From NCBI RefSeq assembly GCF_963921235.1, contig NC_086097.1, positions 144,958,001-145,018,000 on the forward strand: DNA of 60,000 bases, written 5' to 3'. The notes beneath the pieces were generated by a model, which was not told the origin of the DNA, made no database searches, and saw only the letters and a list, made by a program, of their open reading frames with translations. This DNA is from Mobula hypostoma. Its lineage: Eukaryota. How positions within the stretch are numbered: the first letter of the stretch is position 1; every line of letters begins with the position of its first letter. Positions 1-11,392 of this stretch are shown here, in pieces. The translations under genes were made by a program, and so were the position numbers.

Positions 1-115
1 AGAATGGGGTCAAGAGGGATAATAAATCAGCTAATCTGGAATGGCAGAGCAGAATTGATGGGCCAAGATGGCCTAATTGTGTTTCTATGTTTTATGGACT
101 TAATGGACTTTTATG
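1..115 (+). mobile_element. CR1 LINE 3' end fragment (cut by window edge)
   Basis: GATGGGCC..ATGGCCT hairpin followed by a TTCTATG/TTATGG-like tail, same as other CR1 3' ends in the window. Confidence 0.6.
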
Positions 116-499
116 GCTTGGATGGAGTCCTTAAAACGTTGAACCATTGTAGAATCCACCAGTAACAAAGAAATTAATCAATAAGGGACACATAAGGTGT
201 TGATAATATCTTTAAGTAGCACTGGTGGAGTTCCTTTCAGTTGCCTACCCTGTTGTGAAAGGTTAGTATGGGAATTGTACTGAATGGGGTCATAATCCAG
301 GGGTTCTACAAAGGATACAAAGATAGGTGGGGTGTGGTGGTGTTAAAGAAATGGGGAGACTGCAGAAGGACTTGAACAGATTAGGAGAATGGGCAATGAA
401 GCGAATGGTGGATGATAATCACTTACATGTTCATCGATATGGTGCTAGACATAATTCAGAGCAGAAGTGGATACTATTTTAATCCATAAACACATGTGT

Positions 500-980
500 A
501 GTATCCTAGCAACAAACTGCCTCTCCACCAAGCCCAATTTGGTGCTGCTTTGTCATTCTTTCTATTTGTTCATTCCTTCATTCTCCCTTTTCACCTCACC
601 TTATATCTATGCTCTGTTAATATCCAAGTCCAAAGCAAGGTTTATTCTTCAGCACAGTTATGTATGTATTGTGGGTCTAACAGCTCTGTTTAGATCCTTC
701 CCCAGCCTATACATAAGCCTGGACCAATATATGTATATCCTCTGCTGAAAATTCAGCTCTGAGATCAGACCAAACTGTTGTTATTCTTGCTTTCGAAATA
801 ATTAGAAGTATGTAGGAGTGCAGTGAGCTTGTATTCATGGCATGTGATGGCATTTTTGTGTTTATATTTCTGCTGATAGAATTTGTTCCATGTGTAGAGG
901 CCAGCTGTCTGCTGGAACTCAGCACACATCACATTCCTGCATCCCTGCAGCACATGCTGCACATTCAGTAAGTGAGCAGA
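500..980 (-). pseudogene. Possible highly decayed hAT/ZNF862-like transposase N-terminal remnant
   Basis: Minus-strand peptide pieces in shifting frames (MCSMCCRDAG, GTNS, KNAITCHEY, KNKP, GLDIN, KNDKAA) occur in the order expected for a TTF-type zinc finger and downstream hAT motifs; weak. Confidence 0.25.
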
Positions 981-1690
981 AGAAATTGTCTCCCTTCTCT
1001 CAGTGTCCTTTCTCATTGCTACAAAAGCATTTCATCAGAGAAAACCCTGTTGGTAACTTATGGCAAAATATGTGATGAATTTCTTTAAATGTCTGCCTTT
1101 CCTGACGAGAGACAGTTGAGAGATATTTCCATCATTTTATCCTTCCATAGAGATTATGGCTTGAAGTAACAAGAAAATCCTGTGCTCCTATGGTCCTCAG
1201 AGTCCTGCCAGCAGTATTGGAATTCCTGGTAGGACCACCCAGGCCTGACAGGTCAAAAGGCAGCAGACTAACGACTGACGTAGAGCTTCCTGGTAGGTGT
1301 TTGAAAGTCAGGCTAACAACCAGTCTACGTAAAAATGGTCTTTCATTACAGAAAGACACCAGAGACAAGAAGAGTTTATTATAGACTGGCAGATATAAAC
1401 ATTGACTGTGGAGAACCACAATCTGCTGGAGCGGTAGCAAGATGGTACTCTGATCAAAGTTAAAAGACATTGACAGACCATAGTGGAAGGAATGGGTGGC
1501 TTCACGTCCTGCTCAGAAAAAGAGAGAAGTTAACTGGTTGAAGTGTTTATGTTCTCAGTGGTAAAGTCAGGAAGAGGACATGTTATGTGCATCATCTGCA
1601 CTTATCGTCTTTCCCTTCAGTAGGTTGCTCCTGAACCTAACTGGAGCTGTTGTAGCTCAGGTCCAATTCAGAAATCAAGAGTAATGTGAT

Positions 1691-2800
1691 ATAGAAACAT
1701 AGAAACATAGAAAATAGGTGCAGGAGTAGGCCATTCGGCCCTTCGAACCTGCACCGCCATTTATTATGATCATGGCTGATCATCCAACTCAGAACCCAGC
1801 CTTCCCTCCATACCCCCTGACCCCTGTAGCCACAAGGGCCATATCTAACTTCCTTTTAAACATAGCTAATGAACTGGCCTCAACAGTTTGCTGTGGCAGA
1901 GAATTCCACAGATTCACCACTCTCTGTGTGAAGAAGTTTTTCCTAACCTCGGTCCTAAAAGGCTTCCCCTCTATCCTCAAACTGTGACCCCTCGTTCTAG
2001 ACCTCCCCAACATCGGGAACAATCTTCCCGCATCTAGCCTGTCCAATCCCTTTAGGATCTTATACGTTTCAATCAGATCCCCCCTCAATCTTCTAAATTC
2101 CAACGAGTACAAGCCCAGTTCATCCAGTCTTTCTTCATATGAAAGACCTGCCATCCCAGGAATCAATCTGGTGAACCTTCTTTGTACTCCCTCTATGGCA
2201 AAGATGTCTTTCCTCAGATTAGGGGACCAAAACTGCACACAATACTCCAGGTGTGGTCTCACCAAGGCCTTGTACAACTGCAGTAGTACCTCCCTGCTCC
2301 TGTACTCGAATCCTCTCGCTATAAATGCCAGCATACCGTTCGCCTTTTTCACCGCCTGCTGTACCTGCATGCCCACTTTCAATGACTGGTGTATAATGAC
2401 ACCCAGGTCTCGTTGCACCTCCCCTTTTCCTAATCGGCCACCATTCAGATAATAATCTGTTTTCCTATTTTTGCCACCAAAGTGGATAACTTCACATTTA
2501 TCCACATTAAATTGCATCTGCCATGAGTTTGCCCACTCACCCAACCTATCCAAGTCACCCTGCATCCTCTTAGCATCCTCCTCACTGCTAACACTGCCAC
2601 CCAGCTTTGTGTCATCTGCAAACTTGGAGATGCTGCATTTAATTCCCTCATCCAAGTCATTAATATATATTGTAAACAACTGGGGTCCCAGCACTGAGCC
2701 TTGCGGTACCCCACTAGTCACCGCCTGCCATTCTGAAAAGGTCCCGTTTATTCCCACCCTTTGCTTCCTGTCTGCTAACCAATTCTCCACCCACACCAAT
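1691..2800 (-). mobile_element. Young 5'-truncated CR1 LINE
   Basis: (TTTCTATG)n tail at 1691-1712; uninterrupted RT C-terminal ORF; ATATAGAAACAT at both ends (1689-1700, 2799-2810). Confidence 0.95.
1789..2799 (-). CDS. CR1 ORF2 C-terminal part (reverse transcriptase), 336 aa, 5'-truncated
   Basis: SGVPQGSVLGP, KFADDTK, RPHLEYCVQFWSP, FFTQRVVNLWNSLP motifs. Confidence 0.9.
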   Translation of the reverse strand: MVWVENWLADRKQRVGINGTFSEWQAVTSGVPQGSVLGPQLFTIYINDLDEGIKCSISKFADDTKLGGSVSSEEDAKRMQGDLDRLGEWANSWQMQFNVDKCEVIHFGGKNRKTDYYLNGGRLGKGEVQRDLGVIIHQSLKVGMQVQQAVKKANGMLAFIARGFEYRSREVLLQLYKALVRPHLEYCVQFWSPNLRKDIFAIEGVQRRFTRLIPGMAGLSYEERLDELGLYSLEFRRLRGDLIETYKILKGLDRLDAGRLFPMLGRSRTRGHSLRIEGKPFRTEVRKNFFTQRVVNLWNSLPQQTVEASSLAMFKRKLDMALVATGVRGYGGKAGF

Positions 2801-3170
2801 ATAGAAACATTTCATTAACATTTCCGTGCTCTGAGCAGGAAATCCCAATTAATGTAGAGACTCATAGCATCTTGTTGGATCTTTTCTGGTACTAATGGTA
2901 ATCATAGCTAGGTGAAATTGGGAAAACAATGAAAACCCTCACGTTATAGAACACCTTTCACAATACCTTGGTGGTTCAAAGTCCATAAAAACCAGTAAAT
3001 TATTATTGAAATGTAGTAGATGTTGTAATGTAAGGAAATGGAATGTTTAATTTGGATACAGTAAGGTGTCACTAATAGCAGTCAAAGTTTGGTCAAAGCT
3101 ATTTTGGTAACAATGGTAGAGGGCTAAATGTTATTAACCAGAGATACTACCAAGCTCTTAAAGATCCTGC

Positions 3171-3715
3171 AACACACATAAAATGCTGGTGGAATGCAGC
3201 AGGCCAGGGTGCACAATAGGAAGAAGTACAGTCAACGTTTCGGGTCGAGACTCTTCGTCAGGACTAATGGAAAAAAGAGATAGTAAGAGATTTGAAAGTT
3301 GGAGGGGGAGGGGGAGACCTGAAATGATAGGAGAAGACAGAAGGGGAACGGATGAAGCCAAGAGCTGGGAAGTTGATTGGCAAAATGGATACAGGCTGGA
3401 GAAGGGGGAATGTCATGGGACAGAAGGCCTTGGAAGAAGGAAAGGGGGAGGGGAGCACCAGAGGAAGATGGGGAACAGGCAAGGAGTTATTGTGAGAGGG
3501 AAAGAGAGAAAAGAAAAATTAAAAAAAAAATAAATTAGGGATGGGGTAAGAAAGGGAGGAGGGGCATTAACGGAAGTTAGAGAAATCAGTGTTCATGCCA
3601 TCAAGTTGGAGGCTACCCAGACTGAATATAAGGTGTTGTTCTTCCAACCTGAGTGTGGCTTCATCTTGACAGTAGAGGAGGCCGTGGATTGACATATCGG
3701 AATGGACTAATTGAC
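3171..3715 (-). mobile_element. Penelope-like element 3' fragment
   Basis: Similar to ends of the GIY-YIG element at 42255-44910; flanked by 15-bp direct repeat TCTTAAAGATCCTGC (3156-3170, 3723-3737). Confidence 0.8.
3229..3265 (-). ncRNA. Minimal type I hammerhead ribozyme motif (Penelope-associated)
   Basis: Minus strand AGUC-CUGACGA-AGAGUCUCGACCC-GAAAC-GUU-GACU: stem I AGUC/GACU, intact catalytic boxes, palindromic ACGU stem III. Confidence 0.7.
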
Positions 3716-3796
3716 TCAAGCTTCTTAAAGATCCTGCTCTCTTTTATGTCAACCTAAGGTAATTATTATCAAACCAAAAGTTTTGTTGTCCTAATT

Positions 3797-4470
3797 TACT
3801 GTATAGAACTGAATTATGGACCACCTATAGTAGACATCTGAAAGCCCTGGAAGGATATCACCAAAGAACGTTACAAAAGGTTTTGAGGACCAGCTAGAGG
3901 GTCAGGTGCACTAACATAGTATATTGGAAGAGGGTGATGTTACTGTATGGAGCTGAATTATGGATCACCTACAGTAGACACCTGGAATACCTGGAACAAT
4001 ACCACCAAAATGTTGCAGAAGAGGATCAGCTGGAAGGTCAGACGCACTAACACCAATGTACTAGTTAGAAGTGGCCAACATGAAGAGCATTTCCACCACT
4101 GTAAAGCAATACCAACTCCAATGGATAGGTTATGTCATTTGGATGCTGAGCTCACATCTCTCCAAACGGATCCTTTATTACCAGTTGAAGGAGGGTCACT
4201 GAAAGACATTGCACTCAACAGAAGCACCTGGAGGAAATCTGTTCAAGAGGGAGCTGCACTACATGAGAGCAACCTCCTCTGTGCCTTACAGAACAAGTGC
4301 CAGCTACAAAAGGAAAGAATGAACAACCAGAAGACCCAACTACTAACCACAGCCACCACCTACTCATGTCCACATCGCACCAGAATATGTAGATCCTGAT
4401 TTGGCCTCTAAGCCACCTGACAGCCTACCAATACAACATCTTACTAGACTAGAGTGATCACACCACTATG
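3797..4470 (+). mobile_element. RTE-clade LINE 3' fragment, decayed
   Basis: LYGAELW.TYSRHL, ISWKVRRTN, LQWIG, ALNRSTWRKSV and a C-terminal C..C..H zinc-finger-like motif. Confidence 0.75.
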
Positions 4471-5095
4471 ATCACACCTCTTTGATATAATGAAAAGCAC
4501 TATAGAATTGCTGATTAGTGCATCCAGAATTCAATCCAACAAAGAAATGGCCCTTTGAGTGAAAATAAAAAGAGATGTATTTTCTTGTTCCAGCTGGAAT
4601 TATCCATTTTATGACAGCACTGTGATAGAATGGATACAGTATCCTCCATACGGGGTGGGAATCTTGCAATTTTGTTTAATTCGTAGTCCTATTCTGGTTA
4701 CAATTTAATTCAAGGAAGCTGTTATGGCAATTGCACCAGGTGAGGGCAGACTGCCAGTTCATCACGGATGAGGAGCCCTCCAAAATAAATAACAAACTCC
4801 CTCACAACTTTCCCCAGGCCACACAAGGAAGGAAGCTACCCTTGCCTCCTCACTATCCTGTGAATCCTTACCAAATCTCCTCTCATTAATCTCTTGGTTG
4901 CTGGAGAGTCTTCCCTTGGCCTCCATTGATAACTGCTGGCCCAGTGATAGCTTTTGCTTTCTTCCCTTTTGGCATTTATAGAAGGCACAGGAGATGACTA
5001 AATGTCAGCCCTCTAATCGGACTGATTGCATTTTATACTTGCACAGTGTTTGCATATTCTTGCTTTAGATTAAAACTAATTTAGTTGTTCAAGGA

Positions 5096-5980
5096 TTCAA
5101 AGTAAATTTATTATGAAAATATGTATGCAGTATACAACCCTGAGGTTCGTCTTCCCACTGACAGTCACGAAGCAAAGAAATAAAACCATGGAACCCGTTC
5201 AAACAAAAGCATCAAACCCCCAAAGCACAAAAAAAGAACAGGCTTGCAAATGGCAAGAAAATGATTGAGAAACAGAGAATGTAAAACACCAAACAAACCA
5301 CACAAAGCATGAAACAGTCCGGGCATATTCACCTCAGCTCAGTTCAGTTCAATCTAGTGCTGTGTCGTTTGTTAACTTCAGGGCACAGAGCAAGTCCACT
5401 TAATTCAAAACTGCACAAAATAGCAACAAAAAAGGGGTAACCAGAAACCAGAAATACATTATAACATGAACTACAGAGTCCAATCCACAAAAAGTGTCAA
5501 TTAAGCCTTGCCCAAGACCCAGGAGTCTGGCAGCAGCGAGTGAGAGGGAGAGAGAGACTATTCAAACGCAGGGGCCTTCCCCTGAGAGCAGCAGATGAGA
5601 GCGAGAGAGAGACCAGTCCCCCACAGTTAGACAGCTCTGAGCACATGCTCACCTTCCACTCTTGTCCTGGATGATTTCAGTCTTCCTTGATGCTTTGATT
5701 GGCAAGATCAGCGTGAAATGGAGTCAAGCATGTGCTTGTGCCCCATCTCCAGGCCACACACTTCGCTCGAAACCTTACCAAATCCCCTCAGAGACAGCAA
5801 AGCACCAGATCACTCAATTGGCCTAAAAACACACTACCAAAATGTAGATCACAGCCTCCAACAGTAGCAGAACAACATTTGAAAGAAGAAGATGAAGTAA
5901 AAGAAGTGAAAGAAGTAGTTTCATGAACCGTTTAAAAGATGTTGCCCTTATTCACATTGTTCACCGGGGCTATCTTCCTT
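5096..5980 (-). mobile_element. Non-autonomous retroelement with Rex1/Babar-type tail
   Basis: Minus strand begins GGAAGATAGCCCC and ends AATAAATTTACTTTGAA like the Rex tails here; non-coding interior. Confidence 0.55.
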
Positions 5981-6174
5981 CTGACACTTCATTTCTGAAT
6001 CTAATACCTTTGTTATCTCTAAGACTGACTGTATCTCCATATCTTTCCTGGTGGCCCTCTGTTGCTATTTGCCTCTTTCCCAGTTCCTTAAGCAACAAAA
6101 CAGAGTATTTAGATCAAATTTTCAAATTTCTCAACAAAGGCTCCAATCAATTTGGATCAAACTTCAACTTAGAA

Positions 6175-7803
6175 CAATAGAACCATAGAACACTACAGCA
6201 CAGAAAACAGGCCATTTGGCCCTTCTAGTCTGTGCCGAAACATTACTCCGCTAGTCCCATTGACCTGCTTCTAGTCCATAACCCTCCAGACCGCTCCCAT
6301 CCATGTATCTATCCAATTTATTCTTAAAACTTAAGAGTGAGCCCGCATTTACCACGTCAGATGGCAGTTCGTTCCACACTCCCAACACTCTCTGAGAGAA
6401 GAAGTTCCCCCTAATGTTCCCCCTAAACTTTTCCCCTTTCACCCTAAAGCCATGTCCTCTCATATTTATCTCTCCTAATCTAAGTGGAAACAGCCTATTC
6501 ATATTTACTCTGTCTATACCCCTCATAATTTTGTAAACCACTATCAAATCTCCCCTCATTTTTCTTCACTCCAAGGAATAAAGTCCTAACCTGTTCAATC
6601 TTCCCCTGTAACTCAACTCCTGAAGACCCAGCAACATCCTAGTAAATCTTCTCTGCACTCCTCCAATCTTGCTGATATCCTTCCTATAGTTAGGCGACAA
6701 GAACTGTACACAATACTCCAAATTTGGCCTCACCAATGTCTTATACAACCTCCCCATAACATCCCAACTCCTATATTCAACACTTTGATTTATGAATGCC
6801 AGGATGCCAAAAGCCTTCTTTACAACCCTGTCTACCTGTGATGCCACTTTCAGGGAATTATGTATCTGAACTTCCAGATCTCTTTGTTCCTCCGTGCTCC
6901 TCAGTGCCCTAACACTTACTGTGTATGTCCTATCTTGATTTGTCCTTCCAAAATGCAACACCTCACACTTGTCTGCATTAAATTCCATCTGCCATTTTCT
7001 GGCCCATTTTTACAGTTGGTCCAGATCCCTCTGCAAGCTTTGAAAGCCTTCCTCTCTGTCCACAACACCTCCAATCTTAGTGTCATCAGCAAACTTGCTG
7101 ATCCAATTTACCACATTATTATCTAGATCATTGATATAGACAACAAACAACAATGGTTCCAGCACAGATCCTTGAGGCACACCACTACTCACAGGCCTAC
7201 AGTCTGATAAGCAATCATTCACTACCATTCTCTGTCTTCTCCCACACAGCCAATTTCGAATCCAGTTTACAACTTCTCCATGGATACATAGTGTCTGAAC
7301 CTTCTGAACTAACCTCCCACGTGGTAACCTATCAAAGGCCTTACCTAGTCCATGTAGACAACATCCACAGCCTTTCCTTCATCTACCTTCTTGGTAACCT
7401 CCTCAAAAAACTCTACAAGATTCGTTAAACACGACCTACCACGCACAGAGCCATGCTGACTGTCCTTAATCAGCCCTTGGCTGTCCAAATACCTGTATAT
7501 CCGATCTCTCAGAAAACCTTCCAATAATTTACCTACTACTGCTGTCAGGCTCACTGGCCCGTAATTACCTGTTTTACTTTTGGAGCCTTTTTTAAACAAC
7601 AGAACAACATGAGCTACCCTCCAATCCCCCGGCACCATACCCGTGGCTAAGGATATTTTAAATATTTCTGCCAGGGCCCCTGCAATTTCTACACTAGTCT
7701 CTCTCAAAGTCCAAGGAAATATCATGTCAGGCCCAGGGGATTTATCGACCTTTATTCGCTGTAAGGCAGCAAGCACCTCCTCCTTTTTAGTCTCCATATG
7801 TTA
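6175..7803 (-). mobile_element. CR1 LINE, 3' part of older outer copy (frameshifted RT)
   Basis: RT split over ORFs 7345-7797, 7010-7228, 6566-6988, 6251-6559; (TTCTATGG) tail. Confidence 0.93.
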
Positions 7804-8164
7804 TAGAACATAGAACATAGAAATAGAATAGTACAGCACAGTACAGGCCCTTCGGCCCACAATGTTGTGCCGACCCTCAAACCCTGCCTCCCATATAAGC
7901 CCCCACCTTAGATTCCTCCATATACCTGTCTAGTAGTCTCTTAAACTTCACTAGTGTATCTGCCTCCACCACTGACTCAGGCAGTGCATTCCATGCACCA
8001 ACCACTCTCCGAGCAAAAAACCTACCTCTAATATCCCCCTTGAACTTATCTTAACTTAAAGCCATGTCCTCTTGTATTGAGCATTGGTGCTCTGGGGAAG
8101 AGGCGCTGGCTATCCACTCTATCTATTCCTCTTATTATCTTGTACACCTTTATCATGTCTCCTC

Positions 8165-10816
8165 TCATCCTCCTTCTCTCCAAGAGTAAAGCCCTAGCTC
8201 CCTTAATCTCTGATCATAATGCATACTTTCTAAACCAGGCAGCATCCTGGTAAATCTCCTCTGTACCCTTTCCAATGCTTCCACATCCTTCCTATAGTGA
8301 GGTGACCAGAACTGGACACAGTACTCCAAGTGTGGCCTAACCAGAGATTTATAGAGTTGCATCATTACATCGCGACTCTTAAACTCTATCCCTCGACTTA
8401 TGAAAGCTAACACCCCATAAGCTTTCTTAACTAACCTATCCACCTGTGAGGCAACTTTCAGGGATCTGTGGACATGTACCCCGAGATCCCTCTGCTCCTC
8501 CACACTACCAAGTATCCTGACATTTACTTTGTACTCTGCCTTGGAGTTTGTCCTTCCAAAGTGTACCACCTCACACTTCTCCGGGTTGAACTCCATCTGC
8601 CACTTCTCAGCCCACTTCTGCATCCTATCAATGTCTCTCTGCAATCTTTGACAATCCTCTACACTATCTACAACACCACCAACCTTTGTGTCGTCTGCAA
8701 ACTTGCCAAGCCACCCTTCTACCCCCACATCCAGGTCGTTAATAAAAATCACGAAAAGTAGAGGTCCCAGAACAGATCCTTGTGGGACACCACTAGTCAC
8801 AATCCTCCAATCTGAATGTACTCCCTCCACTATGACCCTCTGCCTTCTGCAGGCAAGCCAATTCTGAATCCACCTGGCCAAACTTCCCTGGATCCAATGC
8901 CTTCTAACTTTCTGAATAAGCCTACCGTGTGGAACCTTGTCAAATGCCTTACTAAAATCCATAAAGATCACATCCACTGCACTACCCTCATCTATATGCC
9001 TGGTCACCTCCTCATAGATGTCTATCAGGCTTGTAAGACATGATCTGCCCTTCACAAAGCCATGCTGACTATCCCTGATCAGACCATGATTCTCTAAATA
9101 CCTATAGATCCTATATTTAAGAATCTTTTCCAACAGCTTTCCCACCACAGACGTAAGGCTCACTGGTTTATAATTACCCGGACTATCCCTACTACCTTTT
9201 TTGAACAAGGGAACAACATTCGCCTCCCTCCAATCCTCCGGTACCATTCCCATGGACAACGAAGATATAAAGATCCTAGCCAGATGCTCAGCAATCTCTT
9301 CTCTCGCCTCGTGGAGCAGCCTGGAGAATATTCCGTCAGGCTCCGGGGACTTATCTGTCCCAATGTATTTTAACAACTCCAACTCCTCCTCTCCCTTAAT
9401 ATCAACATGCTGCAGAACATCAACCTCACTCATATTGTCCTCACCATCATCAAGTTCCCTCTCATGGGTGAATACCGAAGAGAAGTATTCATTGAGGACC
9501 TCGCTCACTTCCACAGCCTCCAGGCACATCTTCCCACCTTTATCTCTAATTGGTCCTACCTTCACTCCTGTCATCCTTTTTTTCTTCACATAATTGAAGA
9601 ATGTCTTGGGGTTTTCCTTTACCCTACTCGCCAAGGCCTTCTCATGCCCCTTTCTTGCTCTTCTCAGCCTCTTCTTAAGCTCCTTTCTTGCTTCCCTATA
9701 TTCCTCAATAGACCCATCTGATCCTTGCTTCCTAAACCTAATGCATGCTGCCTTCTTCCACCTGACTAGATTTTCCACCTCACTTGTCACCTATGGTTCC
9801 TTCACCCTACCATTCTTTATCTTCCTCACCGGGACAAATTTATCCCTTCCATCCCGCAAAAGATCTCTAAACATCGACCACATGTCCATAGTACATTTCC
9901 CTGCAAAAATATCATCCCAATTCACACCCGCAAGTTCTAGCCTTATAGCCTCATAATTTGCCTTTCCCCAATTAAAAATTTTCCTGTCCTCTTTGATTCT
10001 ATCCTTTTCCATGATAATTATAAAGGCCAGGGAGCCGTGGTCACTGTCCCCCAGATGCTCACCCACTGAGAGATCTGTGATGTGACTCGGTTCATTACCT
10101 AGTACTAGATCTAGTATGGCATTCCGCCTGGTCGGCCTGTCCACATACTGTGACAGGAATCCATCCTGGACACACTTAACAAACTCTGCCCCATCTAAAC
10201 CTTTGGAACTAATCAGGTGCCAATCAATATTAGGGAAGTTAAAGTCACCCATGATAACAACCCTGTTATTTTTGCACCTTTCCAAAATCTGCCTCCCAAT
10301 CTGCTCCTCTGTATCTCTGCTGCTACCAGGGGGCCTACAGAATATCCCCAGTAGAGTAACTGCTCCCTTCCTGTTCCTGACTTCCACCCATATTGACTCA
10401 AAAGAGGATCCTGCTATATTACCCACTCTTTCTGTAGCTGTAATAGTATCCCTGACCAGTGATGCCACCCCTCCTCCCCTTTTTCCGCCCTCTCTATCCC
10501 TTTTAAAGCACTGAAATCCAGGAATATTGAGAATTCATTCCTGCCCTGGTGCCAGCCAAGTCTCTGTAATGGCCACTACATCATAATTCCATGTATGTAT
10601 CCAAGCTCTCAGTTCATCACCTTTGTTCCTGATGCTTCTTGCATTGAGGTACACACATTTCAGCCCTTCTACCTTACTGTCTTTACACCATTTATTCTTC
10701 TTCTCTTTCCTCAAAGCCTCTCTGTATGCTAGATCTGGCTTTACTCCATGCACTTCTTTCACTGCTCTATTGCTCTGGGTCCCATCCCCCTTGCAAATTA
10801 GTTTAAACCATCCCAA
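8165..10816 (-). pseudogene. CR1 ORF2 (APE endonuclease + reverse transcriptase) with two in-frame stops and a 3' frameshift
   Basis: YLNARS, ITETW, MGDFN, LDLVL, SDH (APE); PQGSVLGP, FADD (RT); ORFs 10535-10816, 9791-10468 and 8165-9790 are all in one frame. Confidence 0.92.
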
Positions 10817-11388
10817 ACCATGCTAGCAAACCTACCTGCAAGGATATTGCTCCCCCTCGAGTTCAGGTGCAACCCATCCAATCTATACAGGTCCCACCTT
10901 CCCCAGAAGAGGTCCCAATGATCTAGAAATCTAAAACCCTGCTCCCTGCACCAACTCCCCAGCCACGCATTCAACTGCCATCTCCTCCAATTCTTACCAT
11001 CTCTGTCACGTAGCACTAGCAGCAATCCTGAGAACGTCACCCTTGAGGTCCTTTTCTTCAGCCTTCTGCCTAGTTCCGGAAACTCACACTTCAGGACCTC
11101 ATCCCTCTTCCTGCCTATGTCGTTGGTCCCAACATGTATCACGACTTCTGGTTGCTTTCCCTCTCGTACCAGGATGTCGTGCACCCGGTCAGAGACATCC
11201 CGGACCCTGGCACCCGGGAGGCAACAAACCATGCGGGTATCCTTCTCACGTCCACAAAATCTCCTGTCTGCTCCCCTGACTATAGAGTCTCCAATGACGA
11301 CAGCTCTCCTCTTCTCCGTCCCACCCTTCTGCACCACAGGGTCAGACTCAGTGCCGGAGGCCCTGCCACCGTGGCTCACACCTGACAC
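10798..11388 (-). CDS. CR1 ORF1 SGNH/GDSL esterase domain (5'-truncated)
   Basis: VVIGDSIVRG, LPGA, IHVGTND, DGLHLN blocks. Confidence 0.88.
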   Translation of the reverse strand: MSGVSHGGRASGTESDPVVQKGGTEKRRAVVIGDSIVRGADRRFCGREKDTRMVCCLPGARVRDVSDRVHDILVREGKQPEVVIHVGTNDIGRKRDEVLKCEFPELGRRLKKRTSRVTFSGLLLVLRDRDGKNWRRWQLNAWLGSWCREQGFRFLDHWDLFWGRWDLYRLDGLHLNSRGSNILAGRFASMVWDGLN

Positions 11389-11392
11389 TGTT

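Larger units (their letters stand above)
7804..11392 (-). mobile_element. Near full-length CR1 LINE nested in another CR1
   Basis: ORF1 esterase + ORF2 APE/RT + (TTCTATG)n tail; outer CR1 continues on both sides. Confidence 0.95.

Noticed and set aside
2171..2818. Plus-strand ORFs opposite CR1 (also 9201-9956 and 10116-10514)
   Set aside because: Antisense shadows of LINE coding sequence
8165..9790. Retron, group II intron or DGR-type reverse transcriptase system
   Set aside because: APE endonuclease, esterase ORF1, FADD motif and microsatellite tail identify an ordinary CR1 LINE
9791..10537. Programmed stop-codon readthrough or selenocysteine recoding in ORF2
   Set aside because: Both stops fall at Trp positions of CR1 and are explained by single transitions in a dead copy
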